This document shows, in pieces, positions 1-13,869 of a stretch of 64,000 nucleotides of DNA. The notes beneath the pieces are model-generated. The model did no database searches, was not told where the DNA came from, and saw nothing but the letters and a program-made list of their open reading frames with translations. The DNA is taken from contig NW_019028993.1 of assembly GCF_002105155.1 (NCBI RefSeq), positions 372,001 to 436,000 on the forward strand. Reading direction: 5' to 3'. A program made the position numbers and the translations under genes. The first letter of the stretch is position 1; each line of letters opens with the position of its first letter. The DNA is from Lobosporangium transversale. Taxonomy: Eukaryota.

Positions 1-797
1 TGACCATTTGGTAAGTCAATATGCTCCAACAACTGTTTGCCATGTTCTCCAATGATCTGCATCTTTTTGCCGAGCTCAATGATAGCGTTCAATTGTTCAG
101 TATATGCACCCTTGATGAGTTCTCGTTTCAACTTCTGTAATTTTGTCTCTGTGGGTGCACTATCCCTTTGAATGTCATCCAGTTCCTTTTGTAACAACAT
201 GGCCTTTGCCGAGCGCAAACGACTCTTCGATGCATCCAAGATCTTGTTCTGGAGTTCGACTTGACGACGGCCCATTTCACAAAGTGAATCGTCCTTTGTC
301 CGCAGATATTTGACCTTTTCACGGAACGATTCATATTGGGTTCCAAACCGGATTTCATAGTCACTGATCTTTCGGATGAGTAGGTTGAGCTTCAATAGAA
401 CATCACCAAGGTCTTCAGTCTGTAAGATTAAAAAAAGAAAAAAAAAAAAAAAAAAATCATTCACACGCAAAAACAAGGTGTCAGTGCTCGTGTCGTATTG
501 TGCACCATTACTAACGCCATCACCATTCGCCATTCCCATCTACATCCCTCTTTCAAAGCCCATCACCTATTCATTTGACAATCCTTTGTACATTTATATT
601 TACAAACATTTATCCCCCTTTACCTGAGCTTTGCTCCAAACCATCATATGCTTGCACTCCTCAACACGGACTTTGGAGACAACAGCAAGACTGTCGATCA
701 ATCGACGTTGCTCGCCTATTGCGTTTGTCAATGGACTGAGAAATGATCCAGCGGCACGACGTGCACTCTCCTGAAGATGGGAACCTAGATAATCCAT
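1..797 (-). CDS. Pil1/Lsp1-like eisosome BAR-domain protein (2+ exons, runs off window start)
   Basis: ATG 797, MDYLGSHLQ...WSKAQ, then a GT-AG intron (~623-420), then TEDLGDVLLKLNLLIRKISDYEIRFGTQYESFREKVKYLR...ELIKGAYTEQLNAIIELGKKMQIIGEHGKQLLEHID. This parallels the Pil1 helices (DVSDITDKLGVLIYE...FDSIIEHSEKIALIAGYGKALLELLDD) as I recall them. Confidence 0.75.
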
Positions 798-1308
798 CGT
801 TCCTGTGTTACTATTATTATTTGGTTTTTTTCTTATTTGTTCTCTTTCCTTCTACAATAAAAAAAAAAAAGTTGAAACGCTTTGTTGAAAAAAAAAGTGG
901 AAAAAGTAAGAAAAAAAAACGAGAGGCGAGTATCAAGTATCAAGAAGGAAGGAAATAAAAAGTGTGAGAAGAAAAGAGAAGAAAGTAAAAGAGCAATTCA
1001 GGCCCAATTCAGGCCAAGGGCTTTTTTTTTTTTTTTTTTTTTTCCATGCAGTGGAGTTTTTAGGCGGGCTGTGCCTTCGCCTCTTGGCTTGGCTCATGTC
1101 AGCAAATCACAGAACACAGAAAATCTTTTTTCTGCTCAGCTGGCTCAGGAGTTTCTCCCAATTCCCCAAGCCAAAGTGTCAAATTTTAAAAAAAGAAACA
1201 TTTGTAAGCCAAGATCATCATCATCTATAATTAATAAACACTTTATTTTCGTTCAGATTTTGAATATTCATGTAGATCGAATAAATAAATAATAAAACGC
1301 CTTTTTTT

Positions 1309-2135
1309 TTAGACGTCACCAGGTTGGAACTTGAGACTGATGCTATTGACGCAATGACGTTCATCAGTTGGATTTCCAAAGCCTTCACCCTTAAACACAT
1401 GGCCCAAGTGACCTCCGCAGGCATTGCAGACAATCTCCACGCGATGGCCATCTGGATCAGGGTGTCGACCCACAGCACCTAAAGAAAAAAATAAAAGAAT
1501 GTAAGTTTTATATTACTTAATATTTTATTCACCTTTCTGGTCCACAAACTAATTAGAAAAAAAAAAAAAAAAAAAAAAAACTTACCAGGAATGGCATCGT
1601 AGAATGAACACCATCCACAAGCATCAAACTTGGTTCCAGAAGTGTATAAAGGAGTTTGACATCCTGCACATCGATAAACACCTTCTTCTCTAGTCTTGGT
1701 GTATTCACCCGAATAGGGCATCTCTGTACCCTTCTGACGAAGTACTCGGAATTGTTCAGGCGTGAGAACGGCACGCCATTCTTCCTCTGTCTTTTGTTGG
1801 GTCATTTTTTCCTTTTGAAACTGTTGAGACGCCGGAATGGCAGTCGAAAACGAAGATGTAGAGTTGCCCGTGGTGGCTGACTTTTTATTGAAAGAAGAAG
1901 AAGTAAAAGGTTGCGATCGGCTCGAGAACCAAGAATAAGTCCGCTGTTGTTGTTGAGGAGAATAGATCCCTGAGATACTTTTTTTTTGTCTTGAGAATCG
2001 CGAGGCTAAAGTTGTTTTCGCTCTTGTACCAAGAACTGTTAAGATACTATTCGGCTGTTGAAGTCGAGTGTTGGAGAAATGTGTGAGAGAGGAAGAGGAA
2101 GAAGTGATCAGGGCTCGTACAGTGATTCGACTCAT
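1309..2135 (-). CDS. msrB: Peptide methionine-R-sulfoxide reductase MsrB with N-terminal mitochondrial-type presequence (2 exons)
   Basis: [22 protein letters not shown], Zn-binding CAGC and CNAC, GHLGHVF, catalytic RHCVNS. Intron 1585-1479; stop TAA 1309-1311. Confidence 0.95.
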
Positions 2136-3198
2136 TTTATACAATTAGTAACGAAAGAACAAAATAGAAGCTATTTACTTTTTCCACCGAAAATTGAGGT
2201 AAAAGGCAAAGGAATGGATTCTTTTTTTTTTTTTTTATTTTTGCGACATTTCCCTTTTGAACAGAAAAAAGTCTTGCATCATTCTGCGCAATGGCGAAAC
2301 TTTGACTGCATTTGGCATGATCATTAATAATTACATGGCTGTGGCGCAGTGTAGCTTTCCATGCTCCAAAATCGCACATCGTCCTAATTTATTCGCCACA
2401 TTTTCATATCAGTAAAAATAGAGAGATAGCAGGATGAAAATATAAAACAGAAAAAAGAATCCTCTGCATGAATCTTCAGTTGTGAGTTGTGAGTGAGGAG
2501 ACTTCAGGACTTGCATGTTTTATCGATTCTTCGAGGCATATTAATTGTCAGATCAACTCCCCATTATTATTAGTCCATTTTCTACATGCTGTATCTGGGT
2601 TGGAGACAGTGAGATAAGCTGGAAGTGAAGCAGCGGCGATTTTTGAGAAGCCTGCTTGACCAAGTGCTCTGCGATGCACTGCTACCTCAGACATCCTTCA
2701 CCATTTATTCTAGAATCTCGAGCATCAATAAAAGCTTGATTACACACAGCTACAGAAAGGATAATGCACATCCAAACACATATCAGTTTTGTATACACAT
2801 ATGCATAAAAAAAAAAAGATGCCAACCATAGTCACCCTTCATTGCTTTCTCACAAAAAAAAAAAAACCCCCTTGGTTGACATAGAAATCTTTTAATTTAA
2901 TAACAAAAGTTTAGCTGTTACAGTTATAGTGGAGAAAGAAAGAAGAAAAAACACCAATGGATAGGATAATATGTCTGTCAGGTCGCTCATCTGTGTTGCT
3001 TATAAAGACACGATGTTTGGATAATTGTTCGGTTATCATGTTTGGAAAGGAGGATATTGTTTTAGACACATTCGGATAACTTGTAGGATAATTTTATTAA
3101 CTTAAATTGAAAAAAGCTGAATTCAAATATTAAAACCACTGTTTTGTTTTTTTTTAAACGAGCACCGTAGAATTATTCTTTTGAACAGAATCCTGTCA

Positions 3199-4809
3199 AT
3201 GAATAAATCAAAAAAGTCAAGTAAACCGCCCTGTCGAATTTGCCGATCCAGGAAATGGCGAAAGAACAGTCTTGGATTCTATGTCTGCGAATTTGGACAT
3301 CAAATGGAGGCATGTCGTCCTCTTCCTTTACCATTGAGAACTTGTAAAAGGGATTTTCGGCCTTAAGCAATAAAACACGGCTAAAAACCTATTTAATATT
3401 CTTTTTTTAGGGGTTTCAAGAGGAAGAGGGTGAATTCGATGCCAATGCTGGTAGTATGCATCATAGAAAGCTAAAGGTCAAAAAACGGAAACGCAAGGTT
3501 AAAGAGCTGACAGGTATCACAGAACAGCAAAATCCTGATCTTTAGTTCAAATAAGTGCTATTGCTGTGAGGAGGAATTGTTCATTGATCATGAAACCTGT
3601 TCGATGGAAGCTCTTTTTATAGTCTTTGTCGGAGCACATGCGGACTATTTGTTAGTTCAGTCAGCACAGCTTATATTTCGACATCAAATTCATGACATGA
3701 TTCATCATCTTGGGTTCCCACCCGAGTTGGAATCTGTTGCACGTGAATACTGGACACTTTACATGTCACTTCTTACAGTATTTCAGGACAAATGGCAGTT
3801 ATCAGGGATAAAGTCGTTATCCACTGACACTACAGTTAATGAGAACGAAATGGATAGTGATAATGAGCATTCGGGAACACAGAGAGAGCAAACAGATGTT
3901 GAATCTGGACAGGAGTTGAATCCTGACAGGTTTAAAGACAAGACAGCCGCTCCAGAGTCTAGACCTGATCAGCTGGATACAATGAATGAATATCATGATA
4001 ATCATGATTCATCAGAAGAAAGCGAGATTGAGGATGATTCTGAGAATGATGATGCAGTACCGCCATCACCAGGAGTTCAGGATGAGGATCTACCTGAGGA
4101 AGAAAATGGAAATGACGGGTCCAAAACCAAATATCGTTACTATCGTAGGAGTAATGGACTTAAGTTCTCGATGTCATATTTGATTGCCATTTGCTATATA
4201 TCAGCGCATCATTTGCGCATACCCGTCGTCTTTGAAGACTTTTATCGGTGAGGACCCATCAATAGGGCAGGATATTCGCTGATGAATAAAGATAAAAAAA
4301 AAAAAAAAAAAAAAAAGAGTATCTGCCCTTACATAATTCCATGAAATCTTTTTTTTTTTTTCTTTTTTCTATTCGATAGATGGACTAGGGATAGGAAAAT
4401 TGTTTACTATAATGCAGTTGACACGCTACCAAAAGAAATGGGGTGTCGATTAGTGGGTGAACAGCGCATACTCTTGATACCAAAGGTAATAATGGCCGAG
4501 AATGAATCTGTTACCGATCAGTTTAGTCATATAACGAGTTTATGATAATGACATATTGCAATTGACTCTGTTCTCCTTCATATTTGTATTTGGGCGAAAT
4601 ACAGCACAGGAAACGAGATGTCTTTGAGTCAGCCACGACACGTTTACTAGAGTGGTTCAGGAAGAAATTCGGAATAACTCCACCACGTGCAAACATGCCT
4701 CCTTTTGTCTTCCGGTTTATTCAGGAACTTATGCTGCCTGGTAATAACATACTCATTTGCCTTGATGACATGAATACGAACAAAGTCATTTGATAATAAT
4801 TTTTTTTCT

Positions 4810-4840
<31 letters not shown>

Positions 4841-5925
4841 GGAATGATTTTTAGTGGAAATATATTCGCCTGCCATCTATCAATCAAAGAGATTGTTTGC
4901 GACTATTACTAGACTTCGTAAAGCTACCTATTTACCAATAGGTCACTGGAAAATGGGCTATAATCCTCCAGTAATAGATCCTATCTACGCCATGGCTATA
5001 GTGATCATTATGGCTAAATTTCTGTTTTCTCTGGATGGAAAGAGCCGGTAAAGTATCGTTTTACAAAAAAAAAAAAAAAAAAAAAAAAAAAGTAGAGACG
5101 GGATAACATACGGTATTGATTAATGAATGTCCCCTTCTCGACCAATTCTACTGAATATATAGAGCAGTTGGTGATCCACTTAGCTGGCCCGGCTCACTTC
5201 CCAGGGAGGATCAGTGGCTCCGTATGATGGATATCTATGATAGCGCACAAGCTCAAACGACAGTGCCAGTCTGGTCTGGGTAATGTCTCAAAAAATAGCA
5301 GACTTGCTTTGAACGAACTTTTTTTTTTTTTTTTTTTTTTTGCTAATAAGATGAATTATCTGTTCTTTCTACAACAGAGAATTTGAAGAGCTTATTCAAG
5401 TCAACCCAGACCTTTACGCCGAATACGTGAAAAATGAAATGCGACCACCTTCTAAACCAAGTAATAATAATAATAAACTTGCTCTTATTTCTTTAGGCTG
5501 AACTGACGAACTGACTTCTTTATTTTCTCTTTATCATTCATGCTCTAGAACCTATTATATCCAGTGTACTTGAATTTTTTCAAGAGACGACTGGTTATCC
5601 ACAGGAATCAGAAAAATACTCGGGACAAGATCAAATATCACCAGCATTAGAGGCCTTTATCAAAAAGCTTTATTCTAGTGCGATACTTCCAGATGAAGAG
5701 ACGTCAATTGATCCGCATCGACCTCCTCCTTTGAGGTTAGGCGAGGGTTTTGTTCACTATAAGGCAGACCACCTGAGCAACTACCTTGGGAATTATGGCA
5801 GGGTTTTGAGTTATGGCTGCGAAGTCCTTGGGATAGACCCAAACGTCCTACAACAAGAAATATCAGCAGTAGAGGACCTTCTCTTCAAAAATCAACCCAA
5901 GCAAATCCGGGTGACTGCGATTTGA
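3199..5925 (+). CDS. RRN7: RNA polymerase I initiation factor Rrn7/TAF1B-like (multi-exon)
   Basis: N-terminal zinc ribbon CRICRSRKW..G.YVCEFGHQMEG, then cyclin-like helical segments (LGFPPELESVAREYWTLY; LIAICYISAHHLRIPVVFEDFYRW; FRFIQELMLP). Several GT-AG introns; the first intron appears to be GC-AG. Confidence 0.85.
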
Positions 5926-6006
5926 AATAAAAAAATATCTAAATCGAAATAAACAGCCTTTTGTTTCTTTCTTACTCCTGCCTCTTATAAAAAAAAAAAA
6001 AAAAAA

Positions 6007-6101
6007 ATGCTGCCTCCTATGATGACCCGTTACCATCGACGGATTCGTCGCGCCAAATTGAGGGCGAGGTCAGGTTAGTTCAAATTCTCTCTCCTCCATT
6101 A

Positions 6102-6132
<31 letters not shown>

Positions 6133-7225
6133 CCTGTCATGTCACATTGTCAACCAGGGATTACCTCTCAATTCTTTTTTTTTTTTTTTTTTTTTTTTTT
6201 TTATTATTATTAAAAAATAAATTAAAGAATTGGATATTTTTCAATGGGATAAGCACCAATTCGCCCAACATGACTTTACTATCCCCGATTCATACGATAC
6301 CCTTGAGCGAATCGATTATGACAAAGTCTCGAGGGAAGAGTTTATTGAATTGTATGAAGAAAAATACAAGCCTGTAGTGATCCGCGGTGTTATGGAAGAC
6401 TGGGATGCCTGCAAGAATTGGAATAAAGAGGTAATAATAATAACAATAGTAATAATAATAATTAAAATAGAATACTCCTTCCTTTCTCTTGCGCCTATAA
6501 AAGTAGTACTTTTTCATCTTTATCAGTAATATAAATTATAAACTCATGATCCTTTTTTTTCTTTGTCCTATTTGTAAAGACATTCCTTAGAAAATATTAT
6601 TCTCAGCCATTTAAAGTCGGCGAGGACGATGACGGTAATAATGTCTATGTTAAAATGAAATACTTTCTCAAATATGCAGAGACGGATGGACTCAAGGACG
6701 ATTCACCACTTTATATTTTCGATTCGGGATTTGTAAAACGTAAATTGACACCAGTACAGAAACGACGGATTTCTGGATCTGCCTCGTCATCCTCTTCATC
6801 ATCGTCGGGAAGAAGAAGGAAAAAGACTGCGACGAAACCTTCGCCCTCCTCCCCTTCTTTGATGTCAAAAGGAGGAAATGATGGTAGCGATGGTGGAGTA
6901 GCAACAGCAGACTTTTCAAGCAGCGCTAATGAGTGGATGACAAATGGTGTGACCCCTGGATCGAAAAGGGCTCGCTCACGCTCCAATTCGCCTTCAAGTG
7001 GTTCGAATAAAATTATCCGTGTATTTGGGAAGCGTAATAATGAGAATGGCAGCAGCAACAGTTACAACAGCGATAGTCGAATAGGAACCCCCATGCCGCT
7101 TAGTACAGGTGGACGACCATCAAAGCGGGAAGAAGAACATGCAAGCACTTTACTGAATGACTTTATGGTTCCTAAGTACTTTAAAGATGATCTTTTCCAG
7201 TATGGAGATTTAAATATATATAATA

Positions 7226-7274
<49 letters not shown>

Positions 7275-7309
7275 TTTCCCATTGGATACCAGTCTAGTTT
7301 ACTAATGCG

Positions 7310-7341
<32 letters not shown>

Positions 7342-7914
7342 GGTGTTTACTAGGCTAGCAGGAGATCGTAGGAGACCGCCATACCGCTGGTTTGTGATGG
7401 GCGGACCAAGAAGTGGCACTGGAATCCACATTGATCCACTAGGTAAGGCCCCCTGCTTGTATTGTAAAAATAATACTTAAAAAAAAAAAAGAGGAAAAAA
7501 TACTAACAGTGGCTTGGTGTAACATAAAATATTTCAGGGACTTCTGCTTGGAACACACTCACGACGGGACACAAGCGATGGTGTCTTTTCCCTCCAGGAA
7601 TACCCAAAGCCATTTATGATCCACCGATGAAGCCTTTCGATCGTGAGGCTGTCTCATGGTTTCATCATGTCTATCCACGCTTCGCAGCAAATGACTTTGA
7701 GCTTGGCAAGAAGTATGGTATGATTCAAGTCATTCAACGCCCTGGTGAAACCATGTTTGTTCCAGGCGGATGGCCACATATCGTGATGAATCTTGGTAAA
7801 TATGTGTCTATACGAGATAATTTTTATTATTATTATTGCTGTTCTTGTTAATGCTGTTGTTGTATGACAAAGCGTTGAGCGATATACAATCTTACTTTCC
7901 TTCCTTTATTTTTA

Positions 7915-7947
<33 letters not shown>

Positions 7948-8352
7948 TGCTTAGACTTTACAATCGCGATCACACAGAACTTCTGTTCTCCAGCCAATTT
8001 CGAAGGAGTATGGCTTTATACACGACATGCGCGTCCTAAGCTAGCCAGGAAATTCCGATCTGAAATCGAACGGCTGTATAACAAGACAGGACGATGCTAT
8101 TATAAGAACTTGCTAGACAAATGTAGGTCACTTGCATATGTTCCGATGCTTCCAATGTCTACTGATGATAGTAGTAGTTCAAGCAGCTCGAGTTCGGACT
8201 CAAGTGATGATAGTGATGTGAGTTCGACTGAAAGCGAGAGCGATGTCGGTGAAATTTGTATGTGCCACAAGTGTAAGAAACGAAGAAGAAAAGAAGCACG
8301 TCGAGCTAGCAAGGACAATGACAAGAAAACTGAGAAAGTTACAGAATTGTAA
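6007..8352 (+). CDS. JMJD6: JmjC oxygenase, JMJD6/PSR-like (multi-exon)
   Basis: [91 protein letters not shown], and a poly-Ser C-terminal tail as in animal JMJD6. Confidence 0.93.
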
Positions 8353-9018
8353 AATCGGATTTAAAAAAGTACAGTACTGTACATTGCAAGAAATAAAGGC
8401 CCGAGGCAAAAGGAAAATTAATAAAAATAAAAGTGGAACCAGTTTGGCATACCGAAGTGCCAAAATTTATTATGTTTGTCATTGAACGACAACGACATTT
8501 CATTGGGGCGAGGTGAGACCTTTTTTTATTTTTTATTTTTTGCTTGTTAGTTTGTGTCTCTCCTAACGACCTTTCAGGAGGCTGTGCATGAGCAAGTCTG
8601 GGGAATAAGTATTGATGGATCAGAAAAGAAGTATAGTGAAATAATTAGCGGTGATCGAGGCTCCAGCTTTTATATTTCTTCTAGCCTCCGGATCATTTAG
8701 TATTCCTCCCACATCATCATTGCTAATCCTTTATGAGTACCCCCTATAATCGCATCGAATATCTCATAATCAATACGCCTCATTACCACAAATATCGCGT
8801 ATGCAATGTTTCCTCCAATCCCTTTTACAATTCACCAGCGTAGATTTATCAAAACGCACTGTTCGCGTTGAATATGTCATAAGTTACACAACGCCCAAAT
8901 GTTCCGTTCTTTGCTTCGCCCAACTAATGTGAGAATGGTTATGAAGCATTAGAGAACGCGCTTGTGTATAAAAAAAAAAATTAGTTTGTTTATGACTATA
9001 ACAGCAAAATGGAGGGCG

Positions 9019-9050
<32 letters not shown>

Positions 9051-9055
9051 CTCAT

Positions 9056-9711
9056 CTAAGCAACAATAATGCGCATTGTGTTGGTATTTCCATATCCAGA
9101 ACGGAATCCTTGGATGACAATGACAGACTCTCCGGGCTTCAATAGGCCAACCTGGATGGCCTGATTCATACCCCACCGTAATCGTTTGTCGACATCCTCT
9201 TGCCAATCTGCAACCTTGGGCTCCGTATAGAGAAATGGATAGCATCCACGGGAAAGATGAATGGCGCGTGCAGTTGTTGCTTTACGTGTCACGATGATGA
9301 TATTAGCCTGTGGACGATACTTGGAGACCAAGCGAGCAGTGTCACCCGAAGTAGAAAGCACAACAATTGCTCCTGCATTCTGCTCATGGGCAGCAGAGAC
9401 AGCTGATGAAGCCACAGTCTCTGTGGTCTCAATGGGACGCTTCTGAAGCATACGCAGCTCGTTAAACAGTGGTGGGTAACAGATCGTAGACTCTGCTAAG
9501 ATACAAGTCTCATGCATAGTATGGACAGCCTCGAGTGGATATGAGCCCTTGGCAGTCTCTCCAGAGAGCATGACGCAGTCAGCTCCGTCTAAGACAGCAT
9601 TTGCAACGTCAGAGACCTCTGCACGAGTTGGACGTGGATTATACTATGAAAGCAGAAAAAAATTGATGAGCAAGCCAGAAATGAACTATCGATCCTTTTG
9701 CGCGATGATTT

Positions 9712-9751
<40 letters not shown>

Positions 9752-11589
9752 ATACGGTCATAGATTCCAACATCTGGGTTGCACAAATGACAGGCTTGCC
9801 TGCCAAGTTACACTTGGAGATCATCATCTTTTGAGCAATAAAGACCTGAGCACAAGGAATCTCGATTCCAAGATCGCCACGGGCGACCATTACACCGTCT
9901 GTCACTTCCAAGATCTCACCAAAGTTCTTGACTCCTTGATGGTTCTCAATTTTGCTGATAATCCGAATGTGCTTCCCTTGCTCACCCAAAACCTTACGGA
10001 TCTCCAGAACATCGTCTGCACGACGGATGAAGGATGCAAAAATAATATCGACGTTGTTCTTTACACCAAACATGAGATCTTGTTTATCCTTCTCCGAGAG
10101 TGCGGGTAAATCTACATCGGTCTTGGGTAAGTTTACACCCTTTCGAGAGCACAGCTTTCCATTATTGATGGCCTCGACAGTGATATGATCCTCCTCAACG
10201 GTCAAGACTCTGAAGGACAAGACACCATCATCGACATAGATCACTTTTCCAGGAACGATCACTTTGGTCAAATTCTTGTAGTCGATGTACATCACCTCTC
10301 CTGTGCAGCATTCAGCATATTTGCTATCGGTAGAGAAAACCATCCTATGACCAGCAGTAATGGGGACTTCAACATCATCCTTCATCAATCCTGTACGGAT
10401 CTCTGGACCCTTAGTATCCAAGGCAATGCCAATGGGGCGACCAGGGTGTTCTATCGATATAATAATATATACAATGAGGACATATTAGAACCCAAGCTAG
10501 CTATTTTTTTTTTTATTTTTTATTTTTTTTTTGGTTCCACGAACTCTTCTGCATTCGGGATATCTCGTGCAATAGTGCCATTCTATACCATGTATTTCAA
10601 GGAATAATAAAGAGGAACATCCCCCCATCCATCCGAACGTCCATCAAAAAAAAAAAAAAAAAAAAAAAAAATCGCCATTTTTTAAGCGGGCAATCAAATT
10701 GAAAGAGGCTAACGTTAAAAATTACAGAAAAAGCAGAGAACAGCATATTTTCACCAACAATCGCGGTATTTTTTTTTTTTTTTTTTTTTTTTTGAAGAGA
10801 TAAGATCCTCACCCCTAAACATACACAGACATATACAGACACACCCTTGTCTTTTTTTTTCTTTTTTTTTCTTTTTTTTTTCTTTTTCTTTTTGTCATGT
10901 TTCGTTCGATCCATGCTCGAGTCAAGAGTCCAATAATAATTCGGATCATTTGTGAAACTTACCGGCACAACTTTTACGAGTGTTGTCAATGACGGATTGG
11001 TGGTACTCATATGATCCGTGGGAAAAATTCTACAGATGAATTAAAAAAAAAAAAATGAATAAAGGAGAACAAAAAAAAGTCTTCAACCTCCATCCAAAGG
11101 AGAATAAAAAGAATATGATGTAGCATGGCATGACGCTTGAATCCATGTAATTATTCACTAGTAATGGTTCCACTGGAAGGCACTTTTTTTTTTTTCAATC
11201 GTGATTCCAGCCCCTTTTATTTTTTACATCGGACAGGACAGAGATAACTCCATGATCCATTGAGGGAATGCTGTTACTTGAAGCAAAATAAAGTTAAATG
11301 CACATAAACGTGTAAGTTATTGCTAAACTCACCATGCGGACAATGTTCATTCCAACTTCACGTAACTTGGTAATCATCTCGACCGAGTTGGTTTTTGGAC
11401 CTATCATTCCCCGAGGAAGCTGTAAGTACTTAGCGAAGTGCAAAAAAAAAGAGAGAAATGAGAGACACCGATCTTTTGATACATACCAATGGTACAAATG
11501 ATGGACGTCTTGCGAGTGTTATTAGGCTGATTATCAATGTCGAGAGACGACATCCACCCGAGACTGGAATTGATACTGTCTTCAATCAT
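9056..11589 (-). CDS. pyk: Pyruvate kinase (5 exons)
   Basis: [88 protein letters not shown]. Confidence 0.98.
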
Positions 11590-12410
11590 CGGAGCTATGA
11601 TACTTTGCGTTTGATAGAGAAATAAAATAAAATATGAAGGCTTGGTTGCTGAGGAGAGGAATGAATGAAGCGAAATGAGAAGAGGAAAAAAAAAAAAAAG
11701 TGAACCAAGTTGATTGTTGGGGCTCTTATATGGCCACATCCGCTCCATGTCTCCAAAAAAGGACCAACAGTGCTTTTCTTTTGTAATCAATTAGTTCGCA
11801 CAATCTTTAGCCCCATGCCACGCCCGATTTATCTTAACTGCTCGGGCGGAGCCTTGGACTTTATTTTATTTATTTACTTATTTGCTTATCTCTATAATTT
11901 ATTTATCTTATCAACTCAGTTTGTTTAGTCCCAGTTGAGCCTAGAGTACAACTGAACATGCAACGGAGTAACAGAGCAATGGATCAGCGTTATGGTCGAC
12001 CACAAAAAATTTTGACAACTGTCAAACAATTGCTTTCTATTTGATTAATACACTTGAGATATGCACGTATTCTACACTGCTCGTAAAGGGAAAACCCGAT
12101 CTGACCTCTTCCACAGAAAGAATGATTGTGCAAGTTATTCGCAAGACCAAAAAATAGAGAGTGAGCGCGCGAATTAATCGACTTTCTCCAAAGTTACCTG
12201 TGTGACTGCGAGAATTTGTTTACATGAAAACAAAAAGGAGCCTTGATCACATTACCTACTGAAGTCTTAATCTCTTCCTCATTCGATCCTTCCGGCATTT
12301 TGGACTACTCCCGCTCTCAGTGACAGCAAAAAAGGAAGAGTGATCCCTTAGCAAGCTAGAATAGAAATAGTATTCGCAGTTGGAGATCAACATCCTGTTA
12401 CGTAAGCTTC

Positions 12411-13290
12411 ATGTTGTCCACCATTTCTCGCCAGGCTCTTAGAGCCTCCCATGTCAGGGCAATGCAGTCTGTCGGCAGCATCAGGTATCAAAAAAGAAAA
12501 AAGATACAACTTTAGTTTGGGAAAAAGGAAAACAGGACATTTTAAAAAAGAAGGATTTTTATTACCCTTCCTAATTCCACTTGCTTGTGTCAATTAATTC
12601 TACTAAACATTATAGATATTATTCTGCAGGCAGCAATGACAACAGTAACAATAACAACGATACAAACAATACAGAGAATAAATCAGAAAGTTCAGAATCG
12701 CTTTTGAGCATCCTTTCCTCAACTTCGGGAACAAAAACAACACCATCATCATCATCACCATCATCTGATCGTCCTAGCAGCAGCAGTGCACCTATGAGTA
12801 GAGGATCTGAACTCATTTTGGAGACCCTATCCCGAGCCACAAACCGTCAACAACAATCATTGAAGCGTTCTACCGGCTTTTTGAACTCAAAGAGTGGTGG
12901 TGGACTAGGAGATTTCGGCCGTCATTTGTTCAGCGAAGTTCAACCTTGCTCACATAATATACATATTCATGCAACGATGAACAACACGATTATCACCTTA
13001 TCTGATTCGAATGGAGACCCTATCACAACTCAAAGTGCAGGAACTGCAGGATTGAAGAAATCAGCCCGTGCGGGACCTGAAGCTGGTTACCAAGCCATGA
13101 TGAAAGTGATTGAAAAGGTTGAAGAGAAGAACGTACAGATTCTTAGCCTTCATGTGCTGATGAAGGGCTTTGGACCAGGTCGCGATTCTGCTTTCAAGGC
13201 TATCCGTGCAAAAACTAATTGGGATATCAAGAGGATATCTGACACTACCCCTATTCCTTTCAATGGATGCAGACCACCCAAGGCACGTCG

Positions 13291-13297
<7 letters not shown>
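12411..13297 (+). CDS. Mitochondrial ribosomal protein uS11m (2 exons)
   Basis: Presequence-like exon 1 MLSTISRQALRASHVRAMQSVGSIR, an intron at ~12485-12616, then the S11 domain HIHATMNNTIITL...KGFGPGR...ISDTTPIPFNGCRPPKARRL. Confidence 0.93.
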
Positions 13298-13326
<29 letters not shown>

Positions 13327-13869
13327 AGATCAATTAAGATTCACATTGAATAAGCGGAGGCGTTGAAGGCGCTTTAATAGAAATAAGGAAAGGATAGTTT
13401 TTTAACAAATATAAATGTAGTCATTCGACATGTTCTTTTTTTTTCGAAACCTGGAAGTATCTAAAATGTGGAACAATTCTTACCTACCTGCTAATAACTT
13501 GCAAAGTTGCCTTTTAGTCACTGTGTTTATTGCAATACTGTGACTAAGAGCTTCGTATCTGGAATGCAAAACGAAATATTTAAAAATTCTTCAAAGCATA
13601 ACGGGTAATATGAGCAGCAGAGCTACCGTTGATTTGTCCTTTCTAGCAACGTCGCCTAGCGTTTATTGTCCATCATTCTTATTTCCTTGATGTCAAAGAT
13701 CATGTTGATTGCATAGATCATTTTACATGGATAGGACAACTAACTTATTTTGAATTAAGGATATCAATTATGTTTTTTATTTGTGCTTGTGTAGATTATT
13801 GATCAATGACCGGTGGACTGATGCGATACTTTTCCAAGTGAAAAGGAAAGGAGGAATGGAATGATGCTA

